This document shows, piece after piece, positions 38,422-51,405 of a DNA stretch of 64,000 bases. Origin of the DNA: a virus; the IMG/VR virus record IMGVR_UViG_3300021256_000064, positions 64,001-128,000 of that record; one strand, written 5' to 3'. The position numbers were made by a program, and so were the translations under genes. Every line of letters starts with the position of its first letter. Position 1 is the stretch's first letter. Under the pieces are notes generated by a model. It was not told the DNA's origin, ran no database searches, and saw nothing but the letters and a program-made list of their open reading frames with translations.

Positions 38422-40159
38422 TATGAATTTAAAAGAATTACTTTAGTTATCCTCGGGGAGAGATTTTAGAAAACAAGGGCTATCTGAATAGCGATTACTA
38501 CAAGATATAGATGGATTAAGAGATTTAATTGCTTATTTTAGGGAATACCCTGATATATTTGTAGATTTTATAAAAGGAAAAGATAGTACATTTAATTTCT
38601 TATTTTATCAAAGAATATTTTTAAGAATTGTTATGCGGCATAGGTATGTGTACGCGACTTTTCCACGTGCTTATTCGAAGTCTTTTTTGTCAATGATGGC
38701 GTTGATGATAAGATGTATTTTATATCCTAACTCACATTTGTTTGTAACCACGGGCGGTAAGTAGCAAGCAGCCTCGATTACAATCGCAAAGATCTAGTAG
38801 ATATGTAGACTTATTCCTGGATTAAATAATGAAATTAATTGGGATCGTGGAGTTTCTACTAAATCAAAAGACAACGTAAAATATGTATTTAAAAATGGTT
38901 CAACTATTGATATTCTTGCGGCAAGACAATCTTCTAGAGGCCAGCGTCGAACAGGCGGATTAATGGAATAGTGCGTTCTTATTGATGGAGACATTTTAAA
39001 TGAAGTTATTATTCCTACTACCAACGTTGATAGGCGTCTCTCAGATGGCAGCCGCCACAAAGAAGAAAATGTAAATAAAAGTCAAATTTATATTACTACC
39101 GCCGGATGGAAAAATTCATTTGCTTATCATAAACTAATATAGATTTTAATTAATTCAATTATAGATCCTGATTAGTTTATGATTATGGGTGGAACTTATG
39201 AAACGCCTGTTGTTTCAGGACTATTAGATGAAGACTTTGTTTAGCAATTAAGATTACAAGGTACTTTTAATGATTAGTCGTTTAATAGATAGTATAGAAG
39301 TATATGGTCTGGAGATGTAGAAAATGCTTTCTTTTCTTCCGAAAAATTTGATAAATATAGAGTATTATTACAACCAGAATATGAGTACAGCGGGAGATCT
39401 TCTAAAAATGCATATTATGTATTTGGAGTGGACGTTGGGCGTGTAGGATGTACAACTGAAATTTGTGTTTTTAAAGTAACCCCACAAGTACAGGGGTCAG
39501 CTCATAAGACTCTTGTTAATATTTATACATATGATGCAGAACATTTTGAAACTCAATGTATTCATATTAAACATTTATATTATAAATATAAACCTCGTAG
39601 AATTGCGGTGGATGCGAATGGATTAGGTGTTGGATTAATTGATTATTTAATAAAACCGCAAGACACTGAAGATGGATAGTATTTACCTCCTTTTGGAGTT
39701 TTTAATACAGATGAATATCCTGAATATAAAAAATTTGTGACACCAGAGACTTAGAAAGATGTTTTATATTTAATTAAAGCTAATGCACCAATTAATACTT
39801 AGGCTTATAGTTATGCTCAAACTCAAATGTTTAGCGGGAAAATCAGATTTTTAATTGATGAAGGATTAGCAAAAACAAAATTAATGTCTACTAAGCAAGG
39901 TCAAAATATGAACATGGATGAAAGAAATGAATATTTACGACCTTTTATATTAACTTCTATTTTAAAATAGCAAATGTTAAATCTTGTTTAGGAAAATGAA
40001 GGTGTTAATATTATTTTAAAACAAAGTAATAGAAGTGTCAAAAAAGATAAATTTTCTGCTTTTATTTATGGTTTATATTATATTCGTTATGAAGAATAGT
40101 TAAATAAAAAGAAAAGAAAACGTAATATTTCTGACTTTTTATTTTTTACACAAGGTTAA
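38422..40159 (+). CDS. terL: terminase large subunit (Walker A ATFPRAYSKSF; RNaseH-like nuclease motifs FGVDVGRVG, IAVDANGLGVG); N-terminus shows a frame discontinuity
   Basis: body in frame 2 from 38432 to TAA 40157; strong RBS+ATG at 38422 is in frame 1 which hits TGA at 38485; in-frame TAGs throughout. Confidence 0.7.
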
Positions 40160-40221
40160 GGTCAAAAGTTATTAATTATATAAAAACTTTTTTTATATAA
40201 TTATAGTGAAGGAGAAAAAAT

Positions 40222-40578
40222 ATGCGAGCGTCTAGAGGAGAAATAAAAATAGAATAGATTTTACAAGCATCTGGATTAGAGTTCGCAGAAGAATACTCTT
40301 TTCCAGATTTAGTAAGTAATACTGGTCGTCCATTAAGATTTGATTTTGCGGTTTTTGATGATTAGCATAATATTGATTTTTTAATTGAATTTCAAGGTAT
40401 TCAACATTATGAAGCTAAAGAAAAATTTGGTGGATATAATGGTTTAAGAAAACAACAATATAATGATATGAAAAAAAGATAGTATTGTCGAGATCATGAT
40501 ATTAATTTAGTGATTATTCCCTATTGGGACTATGGTAGAATTAATTATGATTATATTCTTAATGCGGCAGGGTATTAA
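40222..40578 (+). CDS. small putative nuclease-like protein, 3 in-frame TAG
   Basis: GGAG RBS; frame consistent ATG to TAA. Confidence 0.4.
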
Positions 40579-40640
40579 AGAAGGAGAGGTATCTAAAGTT
40601 GATAAATCGAATGGCATAGATAAAGAAAAAAGGCTTTAAT

Positions 40641-42182
40641 ATGATTGGAACTGAAGATTACCAAATTCCCAATTAGGCTACTGGATATACACCAGTTGAT
40701 TTTGCAAAAATTCGAGTTGGAGTAAAAAATGTATCTGATGTTATTTTAAAACTTGGAGATTTAAGAAGAGTCAATCCGCAACTAGCAGATAAAGGACAAG
40801 TATTAAGAGCTATCCATTATGGTGATCTTAATAAGATGAGAGATATTTCTAATTATTTTTATAAAATTAGTGGTATTTATCAAAGATTATGTCGTTATAT
40901 GGCATATATGTATAGATATGATTGGCTTGTTACCCCTTATTATGCTTAGTCTGTCAAGCCTACAAAGATACTTGATGGTTTTAATAAAGTTTTAACATAC
41001 TTAGATAAATTTGAGGCTAAAAGATTTTTTGGAGACGTTGCTTTAAAAGTTATTAAAAATGGTTGCTATTATGGATATTTAATTGCTAAAAATGGAACTG
41101 TGGTAGTTCAAGAACTACCTCCGAGATATTGTAGATCTAGATATGTAGTTTCTAATGGGCAGCCGCTTGTTTAGTTTAATATGAAATACTTTGATGATAT
41201 GTTTACAGATGCGTAGCAACGTCTTAGAATGTTAAAAGTATTTCCGCCAGAATTTGAAAAAGGATATAAGTTGTATAAACAAGGAAAATTAAAGCCTGAT
41301 TTTCCTGGAGATGATTCTGGATGGTACTTATTGACTGTTGGTTCTGTTATAAAATTTAATTTAAATGGGGAAGATTTCCCGCCTTTTATTGCAGTTATTC
41401 CAGCTATTATTGATTTAGATGCAGCGCAAGATCTCGATCGTAGAAAGATGCAACAACAATTATTAAAAATTATTATTCAGAAAATGCCTATTGATAAAAA
41501 TGGAGATTTAGTGTTTGATGTAGACGAAGCTCAACAACTTCATAATAATGCAGTGCAAATGTTATCAAAAGCTATTGGTATTGATGTTTTAACTACTTTT
41601 GCGGAAGTTGATGTTGCGGATATGGCAGATAATCATACTACAACAACAACAGATGATTTAGAAAAAGTAGAGCGTACTGTTTATAATGAAGCAGGTGTTT
41701 CACAGATGCAATTTAATACTGATGGTAATATTGCTCTTGATAGATCTATTTTAAATGATGAAGCTTCAATGTGGAATTTAATACAGCAATTTGAAACATT
41801 TTTAAATGCTTTATTAACACCTTTCAATACAAGTCCAAAAAAAGTAACTTACAGAGCGCAAATTCTTCCTACTACGATTTACAATTATAAAGATTTAGCT
41901 AAACAATATAAAGAGCATACTCAATTAGGTTATTCTAAAATGTTACCTCAGATTGCTCTTGGGCAATCACAAAGCGCAATTTTAGCAACAGCTTATTTTG
42001 AAAATGATATTCTTGATTTAGTTAATGTCTTTATTCCACCATTAATGTCGAGCACTATGAACGCAGAAGTTCTTAATCGCAATAAGACTACTGGCGAGAC
42101 AAAATAGGGTGCGGGTAGGCCTGAGAAAGAAGATAGTGAGAAATCAACTAAAACAATTCAGAATCGTGAAAGTATGAATTAA
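40641..42182 (+). CDS. portal protein (by position and size, about 513 aa)
   Basis: ATG 40641 in frame with ORF 41229..42107; continues through TAG to TAA 42180. Confidence 0.55.
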
Positions 42183-42267
42183 AAATTTTTAAAATTTTTT
42201 GGACAAGAGTTATTAAGAATATTATTCAAATTTTTATTATATATGGGAATGAAAAGGAGATTTTATT

Positions 42268-43611
42268 ATGCATCAATCAGTTGCGACAATAGATTCTCCT
42301 GAATTTTTAAATCTTCAACCTCTTGATATAAATCCTTTAATGTCAAAATGTGATATTAAAGTTCTTTATGTTGGAACAAATAGAAACCGCAGTTTCATTT
42401 CTGAAGAAGTTGCGACAGAAATTGGTAAGACCCTTCGTGGGGCGCCAATTGTTGGATATTATAGAGATAATAAAGAAGATTTTACAGATCATGGAGAAAA
42501 AATAATTATTGATGATGAGGGAATCAAATTCGAGTGTCAAACAATTCCTTATGGATTTGTTTCTCCTGATGCTCAAGTGTGGTTTCAAAATTTCGAAGAC
42601 AGTGATGGAATGGGTAATACAGTTGTTAGAAAGTATCTTATGACAACTGGTTATCTTTGGACAGAACAATTTCCAGAATCCAGCTTACCTGTGAAAGAGG
42701 GACGTCCACAGTCAATGTAGCTTCAATAGAAATCAGTTCAAGGACATTGGGAAAAGAATTATGCTAATGGATTAGATTTCTTTATTATAAATGATGCTAT
42801 TATTCAAAAAATTTGTATATTAGGAGACGATGTTGAGCCTTGCTTCGAAGGCGCTTCTGTAACGGCTCCAGATGTAAGTACAAAATTTACATTAGACGAT
42901 AAGTTTACGCACACACTTTATAGTATGATGCAAGATTTAAAGAATGCCTTAAACGGAGGAGGACAACAGATGGAGAATCTTGAAAACACTGTGGTTGTTG
43001 AGAATGAAAATACTGATCCTGTAACTGAATTTACACAGGAAACGGCGGTTTCTGAAACAACTCCATAGGTTAATGATGAAGGAACTTCTGCTCCTGCTGA
43101 TTATGTAAAAAAGGATGAAGAAAAAGAAAAGAAATCTGCGGAAGAAAATGCAGATGGCGAATCTGATGAAAATTCTGAAGATGACACAGACGATGAAAAT
43201 ACTGATAAAGATGATGATGATAAAGATAAGAAAAATGCTAAGAAGTATGAATTACTTCAAGAAGAACTTGATTCTTTAAAGAATTCTTATACTGAACTTC
43301 AAAGTCAATATCAAGAACTTTTAAATTTCAAGAAAGAAATTGATAATCAGAAAAAGGATGCACTTATTGCTGAATTCTATATGCTTTCTGATGAAGATAA
43401 GGCTGATGTTATTAGCAATAAAGAGAAGTACACTTTAAGTGAAATTAAAGCAAAACTTTCAGTAATTTGTTTTGATAAGAAAATCAGTTTTTCAAAAGAA
43501 ACTGAAGAAAAAGAAGATAAAATTATTACTTATACATTAAATAGTGATAATGAAAACAGCAACTTACCAGATTGGGTGAAAGCTGTTAAAGAACAAGAAA
43601 AACTTGGTTAA
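42268..43611 (+). CDS. scaffolding / prohead-core protein (acidic D/E-rich and coiled-coil C-terminal half)
   Basis: ORF fragments 42268..42720 and 43381..43611 are one frame joined across TAGs. Confidence 0.5.
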
Positions 43612-43637
43612 TATTTTTATTAGGAGGATGCTAAAAT

Positions 43638-44216
43638 ATGGCAACGATTAAGAGAAAAGGTTATGGACAAGTTGAGCCTAATCACCTTTCTGGTATTGTC
43701 ACTGGTCAGATTTATGCTCAATTACCTGCAAAAGCTAACACTGCGGCAAGTGGCCAGCCAAGTAATGCAATTACTCAACTTGAGCAGGGTCAGTTTGCTA
43801 AATATGACTACGCTGCAGGTGAAGTAAATTTCACTGGTGATGGTGAATTTATGCTTGTTTACAATGAAGAAAAACTTTATGATGAAAGAAAACAACATCA
43901 TAAAGATTTTGTATATAAAGTGGACGATTTTACTGATGGAAAAATTTATCCACGCTTAATTAGAACTTATGTTGGCGATATTATGACAACAAATACTTTT
44001 GAAGCTAACACTTCAGATACGGCAGAAACTACTGGTGTTGAAATTTCTGAGGGTAATTATTTAGCGCCTGGAACTACAGGATTCTTAGAAGTAATTAAGT
44101 CTAGTGGTAGTGCTGCTTCTACTCTTTCTGGAGTAACAGGAATGGCTTGGAAAGTTGTAAAAATTTATACTATGCCCGATGGACAACAGGGTGTTAAAAT
44201 TCAGAGAGTTCAGTAA
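43638..44216 (+). CDS. head-associated protein (192 aa, no TAG)
   Basis: ORF track; between scaffold and capsid genes. Confidence 0.45.
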   Translation: MATIKRKGYGQVEPNHLSGIVTGQIYAQLPAKANTAASGQPSNAITQLEQGQFAKYDYAAGEVNFTGDGEFMLVYNEEKLYDERKQHHKDFVYKVDDFTDGKIYPRLIRTYVGDIMTTNTFEANTSDTAETTGVEISEGNYLAPGTTGFLEVIKSSGSAASTLSGVTGMAWKVVKIYTMPDGQQGVKIQRVQ

Positions 44217-44236
44217 TAAGGAAGGAGAAAAAAACA

Positions 44237-45298
44237 ATGGCATTAACAAAAGATCAATTAATTGAATTAGCTAGAGCCAATGCGAAAGCATCATTAAATC
44301 CTTCTACTGCTTTTTCTTTTGGTGGAGAAAAGCTTTCAGCAGAAGCTCTGAATAAAACTTTTATTAAAGAATTAAATGAACTTGGGGCAACTCCTCAAGA
44401 TTTTAGAGAGAATAAAAATCTTATTTATACATTAATGTAGGTAAGTCTTACAGAAGTTTTACCGCAAAAGATTATGCAATCTTATGGACAGTTTGCGGAT
44501 GTTCGTACTTTTGCTCAGGGAACAAAGCCTGTTTACAAAGTTAAAATTAGTGAAGCTTCAAAGAAGCGTGCTAAGCAGTTCGTAACTAGAGTTGGATTAG
44601 CAGGTAGATATGAAGTCTTCAAGCTTGATGGATATTCATTCGAAGTTGCTACAGCTGCATACGGAGGAGCTTCTCGTGTAGAATGGGAAGAACTTCTTGA
44701 TGGCCGCATGACAATGAATGATTACTATAGCCTTGTTCTTGAAGGAATGGATGAACAAGTTTATAAAGAAATCGCGAAAGCTCTTGAAGCTTTAATTAAT
44801 AGTATTCCTGCACTTCAAAAGGTAATTCATACTGGTTTCGACGAAACCAAGATGGATACATTATTAGCACTTGCTGATAGCTATGGCGGAAAGAGTACAA
44901 TTTATTGTACATTTGAATTTGCTTCAAAAATGCTTCCAGCTTCAAGTGCTAATTGGTCAGATGGAATGAAAGAAGAAATCTGGAATAATGGATATTTTGC
45001 TACTTATAAAGGACATAGAGTAATTATTCTTCCGCAGTCTATTGAAGATAATGTAGGTATGACAGATACTAGAATTAATAAAGTTATTAATCCTCAGCTT
45101 GCCTATATCATTCCGACTGGTTCAGAAAAACCTGTAAAAGTTGCTTTTGAAGGTTCTGCACAGGTTAAATCTTTTGATAATCGTGATTGGTCAACAGAAA
45201 TTCAGACTTATCAAAAATTTGGTGTAGCTACTTATTTAGTACATCCAGGTATTTGTATCTATAAGAATGAAGCGTTAAATCCTTATTATGGTGTATAA
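44237..45298 (+). CDS. major capsid protein candidate (about 353 aa, one in-frame TAG)
   Basis: ORFs 44237..44440 and 44474..45298 share a frame and are separated by a single TAG; position after scaffold. Confidence 0.55.
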
Positions 45299-45392
45299 TG
45301 GATAAGGATTAATTATCAATAAAATTACATAGGGGAGAATTGTTTTAATTCTCCCCTATTTTTTGTAAGTAGAGATAAAAGGAGATTTTTAT

Positions 45393-45971
45393 ATGATTGA
45401 TGAAAATAAAGTTATAAAAGTTATAAATAAATATAATGGAATTGTTGGGTATAAAGTTCCATAGCTTGGAGTTGAGAGAACTTTTCATCCAAAAGAAAGT
45501 AAGAAAATTACTTTTAATGAATTAGAAAAATTATCATTTTTACCCGGTGGAGAGTCTATCTTAAAAAATTATTTGGAAATTACTGATGAAGATGCTATTA
45601 TGGAATTATTTAATACTAAATTAGAACCAGAATATCATTATTCAGAATAGGATATAAAGACGCTATTAAGAGAAGGGACTTTAGATCAGTTTTTAGATTG
45701 TTTAGATTTTGCTCCTTAGGGAATTATTGATTTAATTAAAGATATAGCAGTTAGTTTACCTGTAAATGATATGGCTAAAAGAGAAGCTATAAAAGAGAAA
45801 TTGGGTTTTGATGTTACAAGAGCCATCGAAATTAAAAACACTAAGTATGATGGCGGTGATGAGGATGATTCAAAATCTGATAATCATAGAACTGGTAGAA
45901 GAACTGCTCCAATTAAAACTGGTGCGGCGCCCGCGCCAACAGGACGAAGATATACTTCAAATAAAGAATAA
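45393..45971 (+). CDS. hypothetical head/neck protein, 4 in-frame TAG
   Basis: GGAG RBS; same frame as ORF 45771..45971. Confidence 0.45.
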
Positions 45972-45992
45972 TTTTATACAGGGGGTATATAA

Positions 45993-46712
45993 ATGAATAC
46001 TACTTCTTTTTCACTTGTATATGACTCCTTTTTTTCAAAAATTACAGATGATATGTATTTATAGTTAAATGAAATAGATACATTCAGAATGTTATAGTAG
46101 TTATTACTTTCTGCTATTGAAAAATTTGAATTTCCAAGAGTTAATTTATGGAATTATGAGTTATTTGAAATAACAGATCAAACAACTTATAATGGAGTGG
46201 AGAGTAATCATCAAGATGCTTTAGCTATTGTTTATAGTGGTGGATGTTTTAATATTAAATTGACACATGAAGAGATAAATATTTTAGCTGTTTATATGAT
46301 CGTTGAATGGCTAAGTCAGCAGCTTGCTAGTGTAGAAAATACGCGAATGAAGTACAGCGGATCTGATTTTAAATTTACATCGCAAGCTAATCATATGCAA
46401 AAACTTTTACAATTAAAAAAAGATTATGAAAGAGAAGGCTTTCATCTTCAAAGATTATATAAAAGAAGAATCCAAGATAGACGAGGAGTTATGCGTTCTA
46501 CTTTTGGAGTTATTATGCAATCAACGCCTTATCCTTCAGATGAAAATTTATCTAAAGATAATTATGAAAACAGAAATGTTATTAATTACGAAGATTTAAT
46601 TAATAAACCAAAAATAGAGCATCATACATTAATTAATGATAAGAGTTTTAGTGATTTAGATATGACAAGAATTGATTATGATGAATTAGAAAGTATTATT
46701 TCTTCTTCATAA
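45993..46712 (+). CDS. hypothetical head-tail joining region protein, 2 in-frame TAG
   Basis: same frame as ORF 46197..46712. Confidence 0.45.
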
Positions 46713-46728
46713 AGGAGGCTGATAAAAT

Positions 46729-47136
46729 ATGCCAAAATATTTAGATTCAGATGGCGTTGCTTATTTATGGAGAAAATTAAAAAATAATTTAAGTAATAAA
46801 ATGGTTTATTATTCTAAGAAAAAAGCTGATTGGGATGCGGATCGAGATATGATTTCTTAGAAAGATGTTCTCTATATTTATTCAGATTATAAATTAATTG
46901 ACCAAGATGGAAAACAAATATATATGCCTGGAATAAAGGTAGGGGATGGGACTAGTTATTTAATTGATTTACCTTTTGCTAATTAGAATAAAAATAATGA
47001 GATTGAAGATTTATTATTAGATCATATTAATAATAAAATAGTCCATATTTCCGCAGAATAGAGAGATTTTTGGAATAATAAATTAAATTTATCATTAACT
47101 CCATAGTCATAGACTCTTGTTTTAAATAGATATTAA
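46729..47136 (+). CDS. hypothetical protein, several in-frame TAG
   Basis: GGAGG RBS; frame consistent to TAA 47134. Confidence 0.4.
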
Positions 47137-47149
47137 GGAGGGTTTTAAA

Positions 47150-48754
47150 ATGGCTGATATTTCGAAGATTACGCTGCCTAGTGGAACTACGTATGACATT
47201 AAAGATGCTACTGCACGTTCTTTAATAGAATAGTTACAAAGTTATACTGATTATTTAGGTGTTTCTGCTACTGCGATTTCAGATGGATCAACCACAAATC
47301 CAATTAAAATTGGCACAGAAGATGTTACTGCAAAAAAAGGTAATATTGTCAATTATAATAGTAAAGAATTTATTTTTAATGGAACTGCTTGGCAAGAGTT
47401 TGGTGATTTAAGTGCTTTAGGCGATCTTGCTTACAAGGATACGGCAAGTGCAACATATAAGCCAGAAGGTACAATAACAGCGCCAACTTTTACTGGTAAG
47501 AGTTCTAATTTAACAATTACAACAGCTGATAATACCAGTGGAAATTATCAGCCAAAAGGTACTGTAAGTAAGCCTACTTTTACTGGTGAAAGCACAACTT
47601 TTACTGGTACATTTACACCAGAAGGCTCAATTTCAGTTACTACAAATGCAACTACAAATAAAACTGCAACTGTTAGTGCTGCAGCTTCTGGTACTACAAC
47701 TTATACTCCTGGTGGAGATATATCTCAAATTAACTTTACAGGTACTTCTTTTAGTTCAACTGGAAAATTTACGCCTACAGGAAGCGTTGCTTTAACTAAT
47801 ACTAATAAAACTGCGGAGGTTAGTCCTATAGAGGGAACAGCTACTTATATTCCTGGTGGACAAATTTCACAACCAACTTTTTCAGGTAATAATTTAACTT
47901 CTGAAGGTACTTTTACACCACATGGAAGTGTAAGTTTTACTAATGAAAATAGGACTACTACAGTTAGTGCTGCCTCTTCCGGTACCGCAACTTATACTCC
48001 TGCGGGGAATGTTAGTACACCAACTATAACCGTAAAAACAGCGGGATCAACAACTACAATTAAAAATCCTACTAGCGTTACTGTAGCAAAGACTGTAGTT
48101 GCAGCTGCTCCTGGGGCGACGGCTCCAAGTAATGCGATAACATATTATAATGTTGCAGATGAAACATTAAGTTTATATCAATTGGGATATACAACTGGAG
48201 CATCAATTACTACAAGTAATGTAACTGTCAAAAATGGAGACGCTACCTACGAATCTTCACAGCCTTCCTTTACTGGTACTGGAGCAAGACTTGTAACTGG
48301 TAATATTTCAGTACCGAAAAGTGCTTCTTTTACTGGCACCGAAGAAGATATAAGCGTTTCAGGAAAACCTTCTGGTACTGTTTCTAAACCAGAATTTACT
48401 GGTACTGGGGTTAGATTGGTTACTGGAGATATTCCTGTACCCACAAGCGCTTCTTTTACTGGTACAGAAGGAAATGTTAGTGTTAGCGGTATTCCAACAG
48501 GAAGTGTTTCTCAACCAGAATTTACTGGTACTGCGGTTAGACTTGTTACTGGAAATATCCCTGTGCCTGATACTTATACTGCGACTTGGACAGGGACTGA
48601 GGGAGATGTTTCTGTGTCTGGACAACCAAAAGGATCTGTTTCACAGCCAACCTTTACAGGAACAAAAACTCAAATTTCTGGTACAACAATCGCAAATGGA
48701 GATGTTTCAGCACCTACATTTACAGGTACTCAAAAAACTATTACAGTTAGCTAA
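47150..48754 (+). CDS. tail fibre protein with about 12 repeats of PTFTG / SVSQPEFTGT modules; conserved N-terminus MADISKITLPSGTTYDIKD
   Basis: same frame as ORF 48182..48754; repeat visible at nucleotide level. Confidence 0.6.
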
Positions 48755-48769
48755 TAAGGGGGTAATTTT

Positions 48770-49567
48770 ATGGCAGAAATATCTAAAATTACCCTGCCCA
48801 ATGGCAACACTTATGATATAAAAGATACTGTAGCATATGCACATGCCACAGATGCAAATAGGTTAACTACAGCAACATCAAGTGGTTTATATAAAATTGC
48901 CGCGACTGAGTATGGACATGTATCTTCGTTAACAGCAGTTACAAAAGCTGATATTACTGGTTTAGGAATTCCTGGGTCTGATAATGATACAAAAAATACT
49001 GCGGGTTCAACCAATTCATCTAAAAAATTATTTTTAATTGGTGCAGAAACACAAGCAGCTAATCCACAAACTTATTCACAAGATACTGCTTATGTTGGAA
49101 CAGATGGTAAATTATATTCTAATAGTAAAGTAGTATTAACTGGTGGATCTAATGCTTCATCTGCTGTTACTATTATACCGAGTACTACTGATGTATATTC
49201 GATGACTAGTGCGGGTAGTGTAACAGCGGGAACTAAAAATGTTCCAACAAAAATTGATACAAGTAAATTTAGCGGTGGTAGTTTTACAAGAGGAACTTTT
49301 AATCAAGGAACTTTGCCAACCCTAACTTTTGCTATGGATACAGTAGATACTAAAAGATTAAAAATTTCTTTTAATCAAGGTGCTTTACCTACACATGCGG
49401 CGGATAGTTTTACTGCTGCTGCAATTCAAAGTGGTTTTTATACTGCTGGTACAGCTAATACTCCAACTGCAGTTACGTTACCAGGAAGAAGCTCGGCTAT
49501 TAAAGCATGGACTGGATATACTTCAGCGACGGCGGCCGCGCAAACTTTCACTGGAAGTTCGAATTAA
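48770..49567 (+). CDS. tail fibre paralog (N-terminus MAEISKITLPNGNTYDIKD), Ser/Thr/Gly-rich
   Basis: ORF track 265 aa, no TAG. Confidence 0.6.
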   Translation: MAEISKITLPNGNTYDIKDTVAYAHATDANRLTTATSSGLYKIAATEYGHVSSLTAVTKADITGLGIPGSDNDTKNTAGSTNSSKKLFLIGAETQAANPQTYSQDTAYVGTDGKLYSNSKVVLTGGSNASSAVTIIPSTTDVYSMTSAGSVTAGTKNVPTKIDTSKFSGGSFTRGTFNQGTLPTLTFAMDTVDTKRLKISFNQGALPTHAADSFTAAAIQSGFYTAGTANTPTAVTLPGRSSAIKAWTGYTSATAAAQTFTGSSN

Positions 49568-49580
49568 TGGGGGTGATTAA

Positions 49581-51335
49581 ATGAGTTTACAAGTTTGGTT
49601 GCCCCTAAATGGGGACTTACATAATCAAGGAATTTTAGGTAATTTAAATTTCACTAAAATTGGTGAAAGCGGAACTATTATAGATACAAATGAAGGCAAA
49701 ATTGGAAAAGCAAAAGAATTTTCTGCCGCAGGATTAAGAGCACCTCTATCTTATACTCTTGGATCATAGCTTTCTTTTTCTTGTTGGATATATTATAATA
49801 GTTTTCAAACTAATAATGAATGGATTCTTGAATTAGGAGATACTAGTTCTGGATACGCCAATGCTTTATTTGGAATTGCTTCAACTCCGACTAAACTTGT
49901 AGTTTGTGTTGGAGGAGCTTATGATTCTGCAACTGTTCATGATTTTGTTATAAACACATGGTATCATTTAGCTTTTACATATGATGGTACTACATGGAAA
50001 ATTTATAAAAATGGTTAGTTAATAAGAAATTTTGATAAAAATATAAGTTCTATTACTTCTAGTTCAAATATAACTATTGCTTCTAATGTTGCGTCTTCCG
50101 CAACAAAACTTAATGGGCGATTAAATGATATTAGAATATATAATAATTGTTTATCTTAGCAATAGATTAAAGAAATTTCTAAAGGATTAATTTTACATTA
50201 TCCATTAAATAGACAATGTTGGGGACAAGAAAATTTATTAAAAGCATCAAACGTTCCAGTTACTAATAGTAACTATTGTATTCAATCTTATTATTTTGGA
50301 GATAATCCGCCACAAGCAGACGAGTAGGTTACGATTCAAATTAAAGGACATCTTGCTGATACAAAATCATATTGGTATGTATATAATAGCGGTGGTACTG
50401 TTCAATGTTTAAAAATATAGAAAAATACTTATAATGAAAATACTGGTATATACACTATGGCAGGGGAATGGAAAACTCAAAAGAATACTACAACTGCTGC
50501 GAACACTTATATAAATGTATATGCATTTACAAGGTCTCAATCGGGTGAATCTACAATTGAATGGATAAAATTAGAACGAGGTAATAAAGCAACTCCATGG
50601 TGTCCTAATGCGGCGGATGATATATATACTACATTAGATTTAGGTAATAATATTTAGTATGATATATCTGGTTATCAAAATAATGGTACTAAATATAATA
50701 TCACTTATGATTCTGATACACCAAAATATGATGTATCTTCAGTATTTACAAGTGTAGATACTAGTTATATAAAAGTAAATGAAAATAATTGGATACCGCA
50801 ATATCAAGAGGCTATGACAATAAATCTTTTTGCGTATTCTACAAATTGGGCATAGACCACAAAATTATATTCTTGTATGCAGACCGGTGGTTTTGGAACT
50901 AATGTTAGTAAGATATCTGGGTATGTAAGAATTGCGGTTTATGTAGCTACAAATGAATAGAGAACAAATCATAGTTATAAATATAGTAATCAAGAATTAA
51001 AAATTTCAGACTTACCTGCGGGTTGGCATATGCTTACTTTTATTTATGATTCTACTGGTAATAAAGTTTATGTAGATGGACAATTACATTCTAGTTATGC
51101 TTTTACTTCATATGGTATAAAATATAATACTAATGCAAAATTATTTTTAGGATGTGAGGGAGATGCCGCTTCTCCTACCGGTCCTTATTTTAATGGAAAA
51201 ATAAGTGATTTTAGATTATATGCAACAGCGTTTTCTGCTGAGGATGTATTATCACTTTATAATGATAAAGTTGATTTTTCATCTAGTGATATTGTAGGAG
51301 AAGGATTAGTAGGCTATATGATATTAAAATAGTAA
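49581..51335 (+). CDS. tail / receptor-binding protein with two concanavalin-A-like (LamG) lectin domains; ends TAG-TAA
   Basis: ORFs 50457.. and 51030.. in same frame (mod 3 = 0) as ATG 49581; motifs TWYHLAFTYDGTTWKIYKNG and WHMLTFIYDSTGNKVYVDGQ. Confidence 0.6.
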
Positions 51336-51405
51336 AAAAAATATATTATATAGTTTTATAATATAGTTTTATAACTCACGGACAAATGAGATAAAAGGAG
51401 AAAAT

